Shown here piece by piece: positions 7,911 to 16,986 of a DNA stretch of 60,083 nucleotides. This DNA is from a virus (Duplodnaviria > Caudoviricetes), in IMG/VR virus record IMGVR_UViG_3300004806_000027, positions 1-60,083 of that record; one strand, 5' to 3'. The stretch's first letter is position 1; each line of letters begins with the position of its first letter. The notes under the pieces are model-generated. The model had not been told where the DNA came from and did not search any database. It saw only the letters and a program-made list of their open reading frames with translations. Made by a program: the position numbers and the translations under genes.

Positions 7911-7949
7911 TTTTCAAGGGGTTAGGGAAAATCCTTAGCCCCTGAAAAA
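7911..7949. terminator. Hairpin after the att core (replacement tRNA terminator / int terminator)
   Basis: TTTTCAAGGGGTTAGGGA-AAA-TCCTTAGCCCCTGAAAA imperfect inverted repeat. Confidence 0.6.
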
Positions 7950-7983
7950 CCCCCAAAGTGTAACGAAAATTACACCTGATCCT

Positions 7984-9036
7984 TTACCTGTTCGCCCTCC
8001 GTTTCGCTTGAGCGCCTTCGGCACCGGCTGACGATACCACCACATAAGTCGCCGCCTGATTCCGGGTTTTCCAGCCTTGGAGCGCCCGTAACTGATCATC
8101 TGTTGCCCCGGCATTGCCAATTTCCGTGGCGGCTGTCCGGCGCAGATCGCGGAATTGAAGCTGTTCCGGCAGTTTGGCCGCGCGCCTGATCTTGGTGCAT
8201 AGGTGCCGGAAATAATCAGCCTTATAGGGGGCTTTGGTCCCCTCACAAATCAAGACATGCGAGTGTTTGCGCGGCATGGCGTCGATTTCAGCCCAAAGAA
8301 ACGGGTTTTCGAACGGCGCATTGACGCGGGTTTTGGTCTTGGACTGCTTAATCATAAACCCGGACCCGGTGTAAGTGGTCCAAGTCAGCTTGATATAGTC
8401 GCCAGGGCGTTGCCCAAGGTCATAGGCCAATAGCATCGCCAGACGCATGGACGGCCTGCCCATTTCCACGGCGGCATCACAAAATGCAAGGATTTGATCG
8501 ACCGTCCAGACTTGCTCTCGCGGCGGCGGCGTTTGAAGCCCAAGCCCGGCGGCGGGGTTATCTTTGCGCCATCCGAGGTCATAGGCGTGCTTAAGCAATA
8601 TCTGCCAGACCTTCATATACGCATTGGCGGTATAAAGGCCCCTGGCGGCGATTAGCTTCTCATAGGTCTGCAACATGCCGGGCCGGTCAATGGTCGCCAC
8701 AATGACATGCCCGGCAAGCGCGCGGATGTGTTTTAGGAAATGGTCATAGCCCTTTCGGGTGGTTTCCGCCCGGCTCTTATACCGGGGGCAGGACTGATAG
8801 GCGTCGATCAGGGCTGCCACCGTGTCGCCGCGCTTGGTCCTGGCATCCAACCCTAGTTTGGCCCGCTCGACCTGTTCATTAAGCTCCCTGGCCCTTGCAG
8901 CGGCTTTCATGGGGTCTTTGCCCAAAGCCTCGTAAGAAAACCCCAAAGCACGGATAGGGGCCGTGGGGCGCCAATAAAAGCGGTCCCCGACGATATGGAG
9001 CCGTGGCACGCTGAGGCTCAAGCGGATTTGTCCCAA
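7984..9036 (-). CDS. int: Tyrosine integrase
   Basis: LGQRPGD (Arg I), QSKTK, FRDLRRTAAT, GWKT..ATYV catalytic boxes; next to att core. Confidence 0.93.
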   Translation of the reverse strand: MGQIRLSLSVPRLHIVGDRFYWRPTAPIRALGFSYEALGKDPMKAAARARELNEQVERAKLGLDARTKRGDTVAALIDAYQSCPRYKSRAETTRKGYDHFLKHIRALAGHVIVATIDRPGMLQTYEKLIAARGLYTANAYMKVWQILLKHAYDLGWRKDNPAAGLGLQTPPPREQVWTVDQILAFCDAAVEMGRPSMRLAMLLAYDLGQRPGDYIKLTWTTYTGSGFMIKQSKTKTRVNAPFENPFLWAEIDAMPRKHSHVLICEGTKAPYKADYFRHLCTKIRRAAKLPEQLQFRDLRRTAATEIGNAGATDDQLRALQGWKTRNQAATYVVVSSAGAEGAQAKRRANR

Positions 9037-9335
9037 TTTATGTCCCCGAGGCCCGAAGGTTGATCAGGAAGAGTATCAGATACAATGCCCTTTAGCCGGT
9101 CAACTGCCCTATCAAGGTCGCCCAAATCCCAAAATATGCGCCGTCCGCGCCGGATTGGCGGGGGCCAAATGCCTTGTTCGACCTCCGTTCGGAAAGTACC
9201 GATCGAGACACCGCCGACATAGGCAGCCGCCAAAAGTTCTGGTAGCAATCGCGGCCAATTTGGCAGCCGTGCCCAAGGCCGATGAATTTCAATTTCATCT
9301 TGCCTGTTGGCTGGGATTGGGCGCGGGAAGTTCAT
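9018..9335 (-). CDS. xis: Excisionase / AlpA-like recombination directionality factor
   Basis: RLL..LAAAYVG.VS..TF....G.WPPPIRRGRRIFWD pattern; directly upstream of int. Confidence 0.75.
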   Translation of the reverse strand: MNFPRPIPANRQDEIEIHRPWARLPNWPRLLPELLAAAYVGGVSIGTFRTEVEQGIWPPPIRRGRRIFWDLGDLDRAVDRLKGIVSDTLPDQPSGLGDINWDKSA

Positions 9336-9377
9336 GGGTTATCCGGCCTGACGGGATAGGAAGCGGGGGGTCATGGG

Positions 9378-9566
9378 TTATTTAATTGCCAGCGTTTGGC
9401 GCTCGATGATGCGAGCCAAAAATCCAATTGAGGCAATAATTGTTGAAATCCCGTCTGCAATAAGTTCGGCCTCAGATGCAGGTGTAAAATTCCATCCAAA
9501 GTAAGCTGTTTCGACAGTGCAATAAAAAATCGCCAAAACAAAAATCCATGTTGATATTGGCATCAT
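9378..9566 (-). CDS. Small two-TM membrane protein
   Basis: ETAYFGWNFTPASEAELIADG loop between hydrophobic helices. Confidence 0.7.
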   Translation of the reverse strand: MMPISTWIFVLAIFYCTVETAYFGWNFTPASEAELIADGISTIIASIGFLARIIERQTLAIK

Positions 9567-9763
9567 TCCCTCCCATCATGCGACAAACCCCATTGAACCA
9601 GTCGCCAACCCCCGCCTATAACCGATAAAACAAAAAATGCTTTAGGCACAAAACTTTCAGCGCCAAATATCATCATTGTGCAAAAGAAAATTCCAAACCA
9701 AATTAAAAAACATCCGACAATAATTGCCGTTTTTGCATCTGCTTTTTCCATCATTCCCTCCAT
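9563..9763 (-). CDS. Small two-TM membrane protein
   Basis: Two hydrophobic segments; ATGA overlap with the next gene. Confidence 0.6.
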   Translation of the reverse strand: MEGMMEKADAKTAIIVGCFLIWFGIFFCTMMIFGAESFVPKAFFVLSVIGGGWRLVQWGLSHDGRE

Positions 9764-9779
9764 TCAATCGCCTGGATGC

Positions 9780-10142
9780 CTATAAGCTTCTGCGAAATAG
9801 CTTGTCGTTGTAGCCGATCTTGGCCGATGTGCGATTGAATTTATCAATCACAGCCACTTCCAAATTGATCCCGGCGCTTTGAGCGAGCAAATCGAGATAA
9901 ATAAACGTATCTGCAATTTCATCCGCCAAAGCTGCTTGCAATTGTTCCGGCGTTTCGCTGTTGCCGGGAATTCCATCGCGCACACGATTCAGCTTTTTTG
10001 CGACATTGGCAGCTTCGCCAAGTTCACCAACAACCGCAGTAAACCAGTCCGAAAGGGTCCATCTCGAAAGGGCGTGGTTGAAACCATTGGCCGCTTCGCA
10101 ACGGCGGCGGTTGAAAACACTGAAATCTTGAAAGTCCATCAT
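9780..10142 (-). CDS. MazG-like nucleotide pyrophosphohydrolase
   Basis: GELGEAANVAKK...LADEIAD...DKFN all-alpha NTP-PPase signature; AAGGAG RBS. Confidence 0.88.
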   Translation of the reverse strand: MMDFQDFSVFNRRRCEAANGFNHALSRWTLSDWFTAVVGELGEAANVAKKLNRVRDGIPGNSETPEQLQAALADEIADTFIYLDLLAQSAGINLEVAVIDKFNRTSAKIGYNDKLFRRSL

Positions 10143-10273
10143 TGTCTCCTTTTGTTAATCGCCGGGGTGCATAGGGCCACCGCCCCGGCTCGGTGCTGGA
10201 AGCGCCGACGGTTCGCCGCCCTATGCGTTGGTGGTTTCGGGGTTAAGGGCGGCATCGACGCGAGTGGCCTTTC

Positions 10274-10465
10274 TTATCGATTAATTCCAATTGAGATTTG
10301 AACAATCAGCCCATCAAGGACGCCAATTAACGCTTTAAGGTCTTTTTGGGCCGCGTGACCCATGCTACCGGCCAAAGCGTGATTTACGACCAACAATTGA
10401 TGCAGCGCGGCTAGGTCGAGTGGCGTCACGTTAATTGTGATCGTGTGAGTGTCCAAGGCATTCAT
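10274..10465 (-). CDS. Hypothetical protein
   Basis: Preceded by GAATAGAGGCCCCAACC-ATG (left-type junction motif). Confidence 0.65.
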   Translation of the reverse strand: MNALDTHTITINVTPLDLAALHQLLVVNHALAGSMGHAAQKDLKALIGVLDGLIVQISIGINR

Positions 10466-10476
10466 GGTTGGGGCCT

Positions 10477-10845
10477 CTATTCCATAATTTCGACAAGGAA
10501 ATCGCGCTCAATTTGCGCGGTCAGTTTTGCAACCGTTTCGGCGGGAACCTGATGATCGGCCCCCAAGCCGTTATGGACTGCACCAATGGCGAACCTTACG
10601 GCCCGCTCAACCTTATCGCGTTCTTGGGCATAGGTTTTCTTGGTGACTTCCGGGTGTCCAGCGATCATTGGGCGGGCCTTTTTTGAGTGCAGCGCGTCGG
10701 CTGCAAAGTTTTGAAGAACACTGGTATCTGAACCACTTTTGGCGGCGTCAATAATCAAACGCAAAGCCGCCTCAAGCTCCCTAATGCGGGCAGATTGCCT
10801 TATGTTGTCAGTCAATATTTGACGCATTGGGTTTTTGTCATCCAT
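10477..10845 (-). CDS. Hypothetical protein, apparent fusion of two small ORFs
   Basis: Internal degenerate junction CAAAAAAGGCCCGCCCA-ATG at about 10685-10666. Confidence 0.65.
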   Translation of the reverse strand: MDDKNPMRQILTDNIRQSARIRELEAALRLIIDAAKSGSDTSVLQNFAADALHSKKARPMIAGHPEVTKKTYAQERDKVERAVRFAIGAVHNGLGADHQVPAETVAKLTAQIERDFLVEIME

Positions 10846-10848
10846 CGG

Positions 10849-11217
10849 TCAGTCCTCAATTGGTGGGGTTGGTAGGGGCATCCAGTGGGTGGGCATAAAT
10901 TCAACCGGGTCGTGAGTATTGATCCACCACCATTCCATTTGACCATCATTTGATCTTGCAAAAATTGCTTCTCCGACTTTGTTGTTCTTTGTTGCCAAAA
11001 TTACAGATTGATATTTTGGCGCATTTTCAATCGGTCGCCATTTCCGCTCAGCTTCCAACTCCGCCACCTTCTTACGTAGTGCATCTATTTCATCGCAGAG
11101 GGCGGGTATGTGCTCGTAGGCAATTTCAGCAGCAAGAAATATATTACCTGGAAACCAATCATTTGGCTTTATACCATGCAGCAATGCGCGGATTTGTGTT
11201 GTGTCTAGGGTTATCAC
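10849..11217 (-). CDS. DUF551-like protein
   Basis: WRPIENAPK...PTHWMPLPTPP. Confidence 0.85.
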   Translation of the reverse strand: MITLDTTQIRALLHGIKPNDWFPGNIFLAAEIAYEHIPALCDEIDALRKKVAELEAERKWRPIENAPKYQSVILATKNNKVGEAIFARSNDGQMEWWWINTHDPVEFMPTHWMPLPTPPIED

Positions 11218-11585
11218 TGTCTCTCCTGTTTCATCTTATGTGGTGATCTGCGCCATAGATCGGCGGCAATGGTGTGGGGGTCTAACCGATACTTAGCCGC
11301 GAATGTCTTTGCCCCGATCCGATGGCTTTCCGCGTGATGCCCGTTAGGTCCACCACATAGCGGCCACGTCCAGTTGTCGCCATTTTTAAGCCCCATACCG
11401 CCCCGATCAGCCAATGGCACGTCATAGTCAACGTGAGCACATTCTATCGGTGTATTGACGCATCCTGGTGCAGCACAGACGTGACCGCGCACCCATTGAC
11501 GGTGTGATGCGTTACGGATCGGCCCGTCATTGTCTCGAATACCTGAGCGGGTGTGTTTGCGGCGTTGGAGCATGGCAGACCTCAA
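11214..11585 (-). CDS. HNH-like (DUF968/HNHc) nuclease
   Basis: HRQWVR..C...GC...ECAHV...GMGLK..D..TWPLC...HH..SH. Confidence 0.8.
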   Translation of the reverse strand: MRSAMLQRRKHTRSGIRDNDGPIRNASHRQWVRGHVCAAPGCVNTPIECAHVDYDVPLADRGGMGLKNGDNWTWPLCGGPNGHHAESHRIGAKTFAAKYRLDPHTIAADLWRRSPHKMKQERQ

Positions 11586-12043
11586 AATGGGATTTCATCA
11601 TCCATATCGCTGTTTTGTGGCGCACGATATGATGAGGCTGGGCGTTCGTCCTGATTGTAATCATCCTCGCCTGGTTCTCGATTTGATGCTCTAGCACCAT
11701 CCAGCATGGTCAATTCGCCTTTAAACCGTGCCAAAACGATCTCGGTTGAATATCGTTCAGTGCCGCCTTGATCGACCCATTTGCGGGTCTGCAATTGGCC
11801 TTCAAGATAGACTTTCGCGCCTTTCTTGAGGTATTGCTGCGCGACCTTGCCCAAGGCATCGTTAAAAATTACAACACGATGCCACTCGGTTTTCTCGCGG
11901 CGTTCACCTGAATTTTTATCCCGCCATGATTCCGATGTGGCAACCCGCAAGTTTACAATCAAGTCACCTGATTGCGTGTGGCGGCATTCGGGGTCTGCGC
12001 CCAAATGACCAAGGATGATGCATTTATTGACTGATCCGGCCAT
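11582..12043 (-). CDS. ssb: Single-stranded DNA-binding protein
   Basis: MAGSVNK..LG.LGADPE, TEWHRV and C-terminal DDEIPF. Confidence 0.97.
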   Translation of the reverse strand: MAGSVNKCIILGHLGADPECRHTQSGDLIVNLRVATSESWRDKNSGERREKTEWHRVVIFNDALGKVAQQYLKKGAKVYLEGQLQTRKWVDQGGTERYSTEIVLARFKGELTMLDGARASNREPGEDDYNQDERPASSYRAPQNSDMDDEIPF

Positions 12044-12987
12044 TATGCGGCCTCCCCTAAACCGTCATCTTTCGGTTCGGTTGGCTCTGGTTCATTTTCA
12101 GCGTGTAGCGCGTCAACGGTTTGCGCCACAATTTTGAGCCGGTCTTTTTCATCGGCCAAAAGCCGCTGGTGTTCTTTGGGGGTATGTTTCCAGCAATCCG
12201 CAAAGGCAATTAAACCTTGCTGGGCGGCTTCAATCATTAAAGCCTTGGACCGTTCAAGGGCGGTATCGACTGCCTGTCCAGTGGATACCCATTCTTTAAT
12301 GATCCGTCCTGTATCAACGGTGATTAGATCGCCGTCTTTTAAAACGCCGGTTAAGGGCTTTGGTAGGTTTTTCAGCTTGGAATAATATGCTTTGTTGGTC
12401 TGGTAATCACAAAGGCAAGCAAGGGTCATTTCATAAATGAAACGGGATTCCTGTTCGCAAATCATTTCGCCCTTAATGAACGTGTCTTTGCCTTGGGCGT
12501 TTTTGACCGTTAGCAATTCTGGCTTTGCGCGAAGGGTAAAAATGACCGGCACTTGACAACGGAGAATGCGATTCATCATTCGAGCGTGGTTGCGCTTTGG
12601 TTTAATCCATGCTTGGGGGCCGGGCTTTGCCATTTCCTCGGCTTGCTCGATACATCCGCCTGTGCCGGACCACTCCATGGTCATACTGTCGATCACAATG
12701 CAGTCAGCTCCGGCATTTTCAGCGGCGTCGATGGCGTCAATAAATGATGCACTGGTAAACGGCGGATACATATCTCCCACGATAAACCCGCCAATTGTCG
12801 GATCATCGGCATACATTTGGCTTCGACCGTTCTCGGTGTCCAAGACAATAATCTTGCCTTTGGGTCCGGCAATGCCTCGCGCCATTAAAAGAGCACCATA
12901 AGTTTTTCCGCTGCCTGATGGTCCACCAATGGCAATGAGCGGGCGGGTGGCTTTGCGGATCGCTTGGGTAAATTTCATCACGGTCAT
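12043..12987 (-). CDS. Sak4-like AAA ATPase (recombinase)
   Basis: GPSGSGKT Walker A, LDTENG and VIDS; between exonuclease and SSB; ATGA overlap at 12987. Confidence 0.85.
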   Translation of the reverse strand: MTVMKFTQAIRKATRPLIAIGGPSGSGKTYGALLMARGIAGPKGKIIVLDTENGRSQMYADDPTIGGFIVGDMYPPFTSASFIDAIDAAENAGADCIVIDSMTMEWSGTGGCIEQAEEMAKPGPQAWIKPKRNHARMMNRILRCQVPVIFTLRAKPELLTVKNAQGKDTFIKGEMICEQESRFIYEMTLACLCDYQTNKAYYSKLKNLPKPLTGVLKDGDLITVDTGRIIKEWVSTGQAVDTALERSKALMIEAAQQGLIAFADCWKHTPKEHQRLLADEKDRLKIVAQTVDALHAENEPEPTEPKDDGLGEAA

Positions 12988-14093
12988 TGGACACCTCTTT
13001 GGAGCACCCACACTGGAAACTCGTCATCGCGGAAAGGTTGGATTTCGTAGTCAGTCACCCATGGTTCATCGGGGCCAAAAGTCCGCATATATCGCGCCCA
13101 TTGCTCGATGCCGTGCTTGTAGGCCATGCGACCGATTGAAAAATATTCGTTAGCCTGGGCACCCAATCCAGCAAAGGTGTCAAATTCGGCAAATTCACGA
13201 ATAATAAAATTGGGACAGCGACCAGTTTGCAGAAAAGCAAAAAAGAACCTATGCCGGTCGGTCGCCATGACCTTTTCAAGCCATTCGGGGTCATGATCCC
13301 CAACAATTGCCAGCTTCCCGGCTTTGAATAGAGCCTTGATGGTTTTAATGCCGTCCAGATAGACAGCGGCTTGGATTTCATAGCGGTTGTTTGAAATCTC
13401 GCTAACCACGGCTGACCGCAAGTCTTTGCCCATTTTGTTGGCAAAGGTCTTTAGGTCCACTATGGCGCTGGGTTTTAAATAGTCGATCCGGGCCTTCATC
13501 GGGACGCCGGATTCATGCACCCAAAAAATTGAAACCTCCGACATGCCGCCCGTAAATGCACGTTTGGCGCTGTCCATGCGGGATAAAACCATGCGGGCGC
13601 GTTGCAGCTCTGTCCAAGTCTCGCGGGATACCGCTTCACAATCCATGTGATCGGCTTTCCATTTGGCGCGAATATCTGGCCAAAATTCTAGGGCAGGGTT
13701 GATTTCAAGGGCGAGCTGATACAGTTCGGCATTAGTGCCCGTCTGTTTTGCGCCCTGATCTTTCAACCAAGCTTTTAACGCTGATCCATCCGGCAATGCG
13801 TCCGGATAATTTTCAATGGTTGGCGCTACCACGTAGGTCGCATCGAAAGCCGCAATGCCTTCCAAAAGCATTTTGTGATATGCTTTGCCTTTGTCTTTGG
13901 CTTCGGTTTGGTCATCTTCCCGCGTGGGGTCCAGACAATCGCACCAATAATCAAAAGGTGATCGGATCAAGCTTTTAATGCCTGACGCGGATAGGCTGGG
14001 GTCCGCACGGTATTCATTTTCGGGCAGGTTAAAATAAATACCTGGCGCGAATCCCGCTTTGGGCAAAGCGTGAAGTTTGGTGGGCGCGTTCAT
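12984..14093 (-). CDS. RecE/exonuclease VIII-like PD-(D/E)XK nuclease (DUF3799)
   Basis: LSASGIK, GKAYH, EVSIFW, KARIDYL, DLKT and Y.IQAAVY motifs. Confidence 0.9.
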   Translation of the reverse strand: MNAPTKLHALPKAGFAPGIYFNLPENEYRADPSLSASGIKSLIRSPFDYWCDCLDPTREDDQTEAKDKGKAYHKMLLEGIAAFDATYVVAPTIENYPDALPDGSALKAWLKDQGAKQTGTNAELYQLALEINPALEFWPDIRAKWKADHMDCEAVSRETWTELQRARMVLSRMDSAKRAFTGGMSEVSIFWVHESGVPMKARIDYLKPSAIVDLKTFANKMGKDLRSAVVSEISNNRYEIQAAVYLDGIKTIKALFKAGKLAIVGDHDPEWLEKVMATDRHRFFFAFLQTGRCPNFIIREFAEFDTFAGLGAQANEYFSIGRMAYKHGIEQWARYMRTFGPDEPWVTDYEIQPFRDDEFPVWVLQRGVQ

Positions 14094-14188
14094 TTCTTTG
14101 CTCCCATAATGGCTGCGCAAATCAGCCGGGTTTCTAGGGGTAAGTCAGCAAGCGTTGGACGCTTGAACCAATTAAAAATCAGTTTCAT
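14090..14188 (-). CDS. 32-aa ORF MKLIFNWFKRPTLADLPLETRLICAAIMGAKK (not in track)
   Basis: ATGA overlaps at both ends with neighbouring genes. Confidence 0.55.
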   Translation of the reverse strand: MKLIFNWFKRPTLADLPLETRLICAAIMGAKK

Positions 14189-14466
14189 AGCGTCACCAAG
14201 ACGATGGTTGCGGCGCATGCGATAAAACCAACAAAAAAAGTTAAAACCGAAAATGCCAGTAAAAAATCGTTGGTCACGTCTTTGACAACCACACGGCTTT
14301 TAAAGGGAATATCGAACGTCTTTTTTTCATCGACATATTCGCGCAACAATTGAACGGTTAAATCCCGTTGCGCGCGGCGTTCGAGTTCGGCGTTTATAAA
14401 ATTTATTGATTTGCGGCGTGTATGTGGGCGCACAATAACGCGCGGCTGATCGGGTGTGGCAATCAT
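14185..14466 (-). CDS. Hypothetical protein with C-terminal TM
   Basis: Hydrophobic C-terminus; coupled overlaps with neighbours. Confidence 0.65.
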   Translation of the reverse strand: MIATPDQPRVIVRPHTRRKSINFINAELERRAQRDLTVQLLREYVDEKKTFDIPFKSRVVVKDVTNDFLLAFSVLTFFVGFIACAATIVLVTL

Positions 14467-14612
14467 TGTTCACCTGCCATTTGGCGTTCGGCCAAATCAA
14501 TATTGCACACGTCGCAAATAAACGGCGCGCGGTCGCCAAGCCAAAAGCCTGACTCGGTGTCTTGTTTTCCAATCCGCTCGTCGCATATTTCGCAAAGGTG
14601 TTCGATTTCCAT
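14463..14612 (-). CDS. 49-aa zinc-finger protein (CEIC...CDVC; not in track)
   Basis: Hand translation MEIEHLCEICDERIG...FICDVCNIDLAERQMAGEQ; GGAG upstream; ATGA overlap. Confidence 0.7.
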   Translation of the reverse strand: MEIEHLCEICDERIGKQDTESGFWLGDRAPFICDVCNIDLAERQMAGEQ

Positions 14613-14618
14613 GGTAAA

Positions 14619-15179
14619 TTACTCCGCTGCCACTTGTTCAGCCGGTGCTTCAATGGCCCAACCACGAAGGCGCGCAATTATTTCAGCGTAATCCAGCGCC
14701 GCCATAACTTCGCACCGGTCATTTTTATTGGCCCAATATGCGCGGGCTTCATCTAACCGCTTATCTCGGCAACCGACGCGGATCGATAAGAAACCGTCGC
14801 GCAGCCAAGCAACAGCCGACCAACCATCCGGCGTTCCAAGCGAAAATGCACCTTTAGCACGGCTGAGATAGGCACCGCTGAGATCGGCACCGCTGAGATA
14901 GGCACCGCTGAGATCGGCACCGCTGAGATCGGCACCGCTGAGATTGGCACCGCTGAGATAGGCACCGCTGAGATCGGCACCGCTGAGATAGGCACCGCTG
15001 AGATCGGCACCGCTGAGATCGGCACGGCTGAGATTGGCACGTTCGCCCTTTTCTTTGGCTTTGCCGATCACAACCGACAAGGCAGCGCGCATTTGAAAGC
15101 GCGGTTCAACATCGTCGGCGATCTCGACCTCAAATGCGGCTTTGCCAGTCCATGAACGGAAAGGGATTGTGAATAGCAT
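14619..15179 (-). CDS. Pentapeptide-repeat protein
   Basis: 12 x A(D/N/Y)LS(G/R); C-terminal IRVGC...W domain. Confidence 0.93.
   Translation of the reverse strand: MLFTIPFRSWTGKAAFEVEIADDVEPRFQMRAALSVVIGKAKEKGERANLSRADLSGADLSGAYLSGADLSGAYLSGANLSGADLSGADLSGAYLSGADLSGAYLSRAKGAFSLGTPDGWSAVAWLRDGFLSIRVGCRDKRLDEARAYWANKNDRCEVMAALDYAEIIARLRGWAIEAPAEQVAAE
14857..15040. repeat. 12 tandem copies of a 15-bp unit GCAC(C/G)GCTGAGAT(C/A/T)G
   Basis: Counted directly; only two variable positions per unit. Confidence 0.97.
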
Positions 15180-15184
15180 AGTAA

Positions 15185-15511
15185 TTACTCCGCTGCATCA
15201 CGGCGTTCCAGAGCGCGCATTTCCATGGCGTCCGCAATCATGCCGTTGTGATCGTTTAAACAAGCGTCCGCTAGGCTTTGAAGTGCGCTTGCTGACAGTA
15301 GGGGCATAAAATCAAACGGTTGGCCCATGATCGGGTTTCTGCCGCCTTGCAGATATGCTCTGCCGGTAACTCTGATAATGTCGCAATGCTCCGGCACGCG
15401 GGGTTCTGACCAACCGCCGCCGTATGCTTCATTATGCTCGTAATCAACATTGATTTCGTATTCGATTTCAATGTCATCGCTTTTAAGCGTGAATAGGGTT
15501 TCGTAGCGCAT
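15185..15511 (-). CDS. Hypothetical early protein
   Basis: 108-aa ORF coupled to the upstream gene (TAATG). Confidence 0.7.
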   Translation of the reverse strand: MRYETLFTLKSDDIEIEYEINVDYEHNEAYGGGWSEPRVPEHCDIIRVTGRAYLQGGRNPIMGQPFDFMPLLSASALQSLADACLNDHNGMIADAMEMRALERRDAAE

Positions 15512-15708
15512 TATGCGGCAACCCGAATTTCGGTGATTACCGGATAGCGAGCGATTAACACATCGCGCAAGGCAACCAATTCTTTGTCAGTGGCGTAGAC
15601 GGTAACAACATCGCTGCCCGCGTTGTCGTAACCAGTAAGCATAATGGTGGAGTTAGTTTGGAACACTTCCCAAGATTTAACCTCAATTTCTGACGTTAGG
15701 CGGGCCAT
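15511..15708 (-). CDS. First gene of the PL operon, hypothetical
   Basis: AAGGGAG RBS. Confidence 0.7.
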   Translation of the reverse strand: MARLTSEIEVKSWEVFQTNSTIMLTGYDNAGSDVVTVYATDKELVALRDVLIARYPVITEIRVAA

Positions 15709-15807
15709 ATCAAATCTCCCTTGTGGTGGTCAGCGGCCCCGGCTCGATGCAGGAGGGTTTGTACCGGGGCCGCTGCTTCACCGGGGGTGCATCCGGTGAC
15801 GGAAATA

Positions 15808-15869
15808 TTTATAGGACAAACTATATTTACGGTCAATAGGCAAATTTATTGCAATATAGAAATACCGAT
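15808..15869 (-). promoter_or_regulatory. PL promoter with OL operators
   Basis: Minus strand TTGACC-17-TATAAA; ATAG-N6-CTAT at 15811-15824, with one-mismatch copies at 15836-15849 and 15856-15869. Confidence 0.8.
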
Positions 15870-15915
15870 AATTTTGGGCATGGAGAAAATTTGCAAAAAT
15901 TTGCCCGGCGTCAAA

Positions 15916-16242
15916 TTAGCGTTTTTGAGGGGATCGCACCGTTAAAACGACGCTGGTTGCCATTGGCAGTTCATCGTTTAAAAGCTTGGCCTTAAGATTG
16001 GTTTGAAGGGCTGGGGATGTGCCGGTTAATTGTAAACGCACGCTTTCCATAAAATCCGTGTGGCAAAGCCCCATAATGCCCAAAGCGATTGATCCGGCAT
16101 CGGATTGGTGGTCGTCGAATTGCACGGCTTTTATAGTCATGCAATCAAACCAGGTTTTGATTGCCTCGTTTTTTTGTTGGGGTGTGGCCAGCTGAGGGCT
16201 GGCGCATGCTCCTAGTATAAAGAGTGCGGCAAGCCGTTTCAT
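15916..16242 (-). CDS. Lipoprotein co-transcribed with cI (superinfection-exclusion candidate)
   Basis: MKRLAALFILGA-C lipobox; ATGA overlap with the cI stop. Confidence 0.7.
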   Translation of the reverse strand: MKRLAALFILGACASPQLATPQQKNEAIKTWFDCMTIKAVQFDDHQSDAGSIALGIMGLCHTDFMESVRLQLTGTSPALQTNLKAKLLNDELPMATSVVLTVRSPQKR

Positions 16243-16901
16243 TCCATGGCCGTCCCGCAAACCCGCAACATCATTCGAATTTCGCTGCGAGAAAGCACAA
16301 AATCATTGGGCGGGTCGTATTCGCGCAAGGTGACGCTATTGGCCGATCTGCGAACCAATCGTTTAACGATTACGGATCGGTCAATTTTTTCAATAACGAC
16401 AAAATCCATAATTTTTGGTTCTTGTTTGGGGTGAACCAATAACAAAGTGCCTGGGATCAAGACTTCGCCCATGGAGTCGCCGGTAACATAAAGCGCAAAC
16501 GCTTCATCTATGCCGACTAAATTAGATGGACGAAAAGTATAATCTATTGCGTCTTGGTCAAATGTTAGCACCCCATCACCCCCTTGAGCCAGACCTCTAA
16601 TAGGTAAGTCTCTTTTGCCCATATTGATGGTAGTAAAAACTGATTCGTTTGCAACAGGATTATTTTTATAAGTTGTAAGTTTGTTGGGGACGCTAAACTT
16701 TAGTTTATTGCCCATCAAAAGCCAATTGGGGTCACATTCCAATACTTCTGCCAGCTTTAATATTTTGGTGGTGCCTTGAGTCTCGTCATTTTCAATGGCT
16801 GATAAAGACGGCTGAGATATGCCCACGCGGCTGGCAAGTTCCGCTTGAGACAATTTTAAATCAGCGCGACGGGCGCGCACTCGTTTACCTAAAGTTTCCA
16901 T
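16239..16901 (-). CDS. cI: CI-like repressor (Cro/C1 HTH + S24 peptidase)
   Basis: LSQAELASRVGISQPSLSAIE HTH; VTGDSM and VKRL catalytic motifs. Confidence 0.95.
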   Translation of the reverse strand: METLGKRVRARRADLKLSQAELASRVGISQPSLSAIENDETQGTTKILKLAEVLECDPNWLLMGNKLKFSVPNKLTTYKNNPVANESVFTTINMGKRDLPIRGLAQGGDGVLTFDQDAIDYTFRPSNLVGIDEAFALYVTGDSMGEVLIPGTLLLVHPKQEPKIMDFVVIEKIDRSVIVKRLVRRSANSVTLREYDPPNDFVLSRSEIRMMLRVCGTAME

Positions 16902-16935
16902 GTCCGCACATTAATTAAAAAAACTCATTTTTCCA

Positions 16936-16986
16936 ATAGCATCCACTATTGACGCGGCTTTGGTTTGCCTATATAGACAAACCTAT
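16936..16986 (+). promoter_or_regulatory. PR promoter with OR operators
   Basis: ATAG-catcca-CTAT at 16936-16949 and ATAG-acaaac-CTAT at 16973-16986; TTGACG-17-TATAGA places +1 near the cro ATG (probably leaderless). Confidence 0.75.

Larger units (their letters stand above)
7769..7976. mobile_element. attP region: core, candidate Int arm sites and IHF site
   Basis: AAGTGTAACG at 7956-7965 and inverted at 7769-7778; AAGTGTAA at 7823-7830; TTACAC at 7970-7975; exact WATCAANNNNTTR match on the minus strand at 7785-7797; adjacent to the integrase 3' end. Confidence 0.8.

Noticed and set aside
14857-15040. CRISPR array, and the MPISAV-repeat ORF 14753-15040
   Set aside because: These are contiguous 15-bp units without spacers; PISAV is an alternative-frame reading of the pentapeptide gene.
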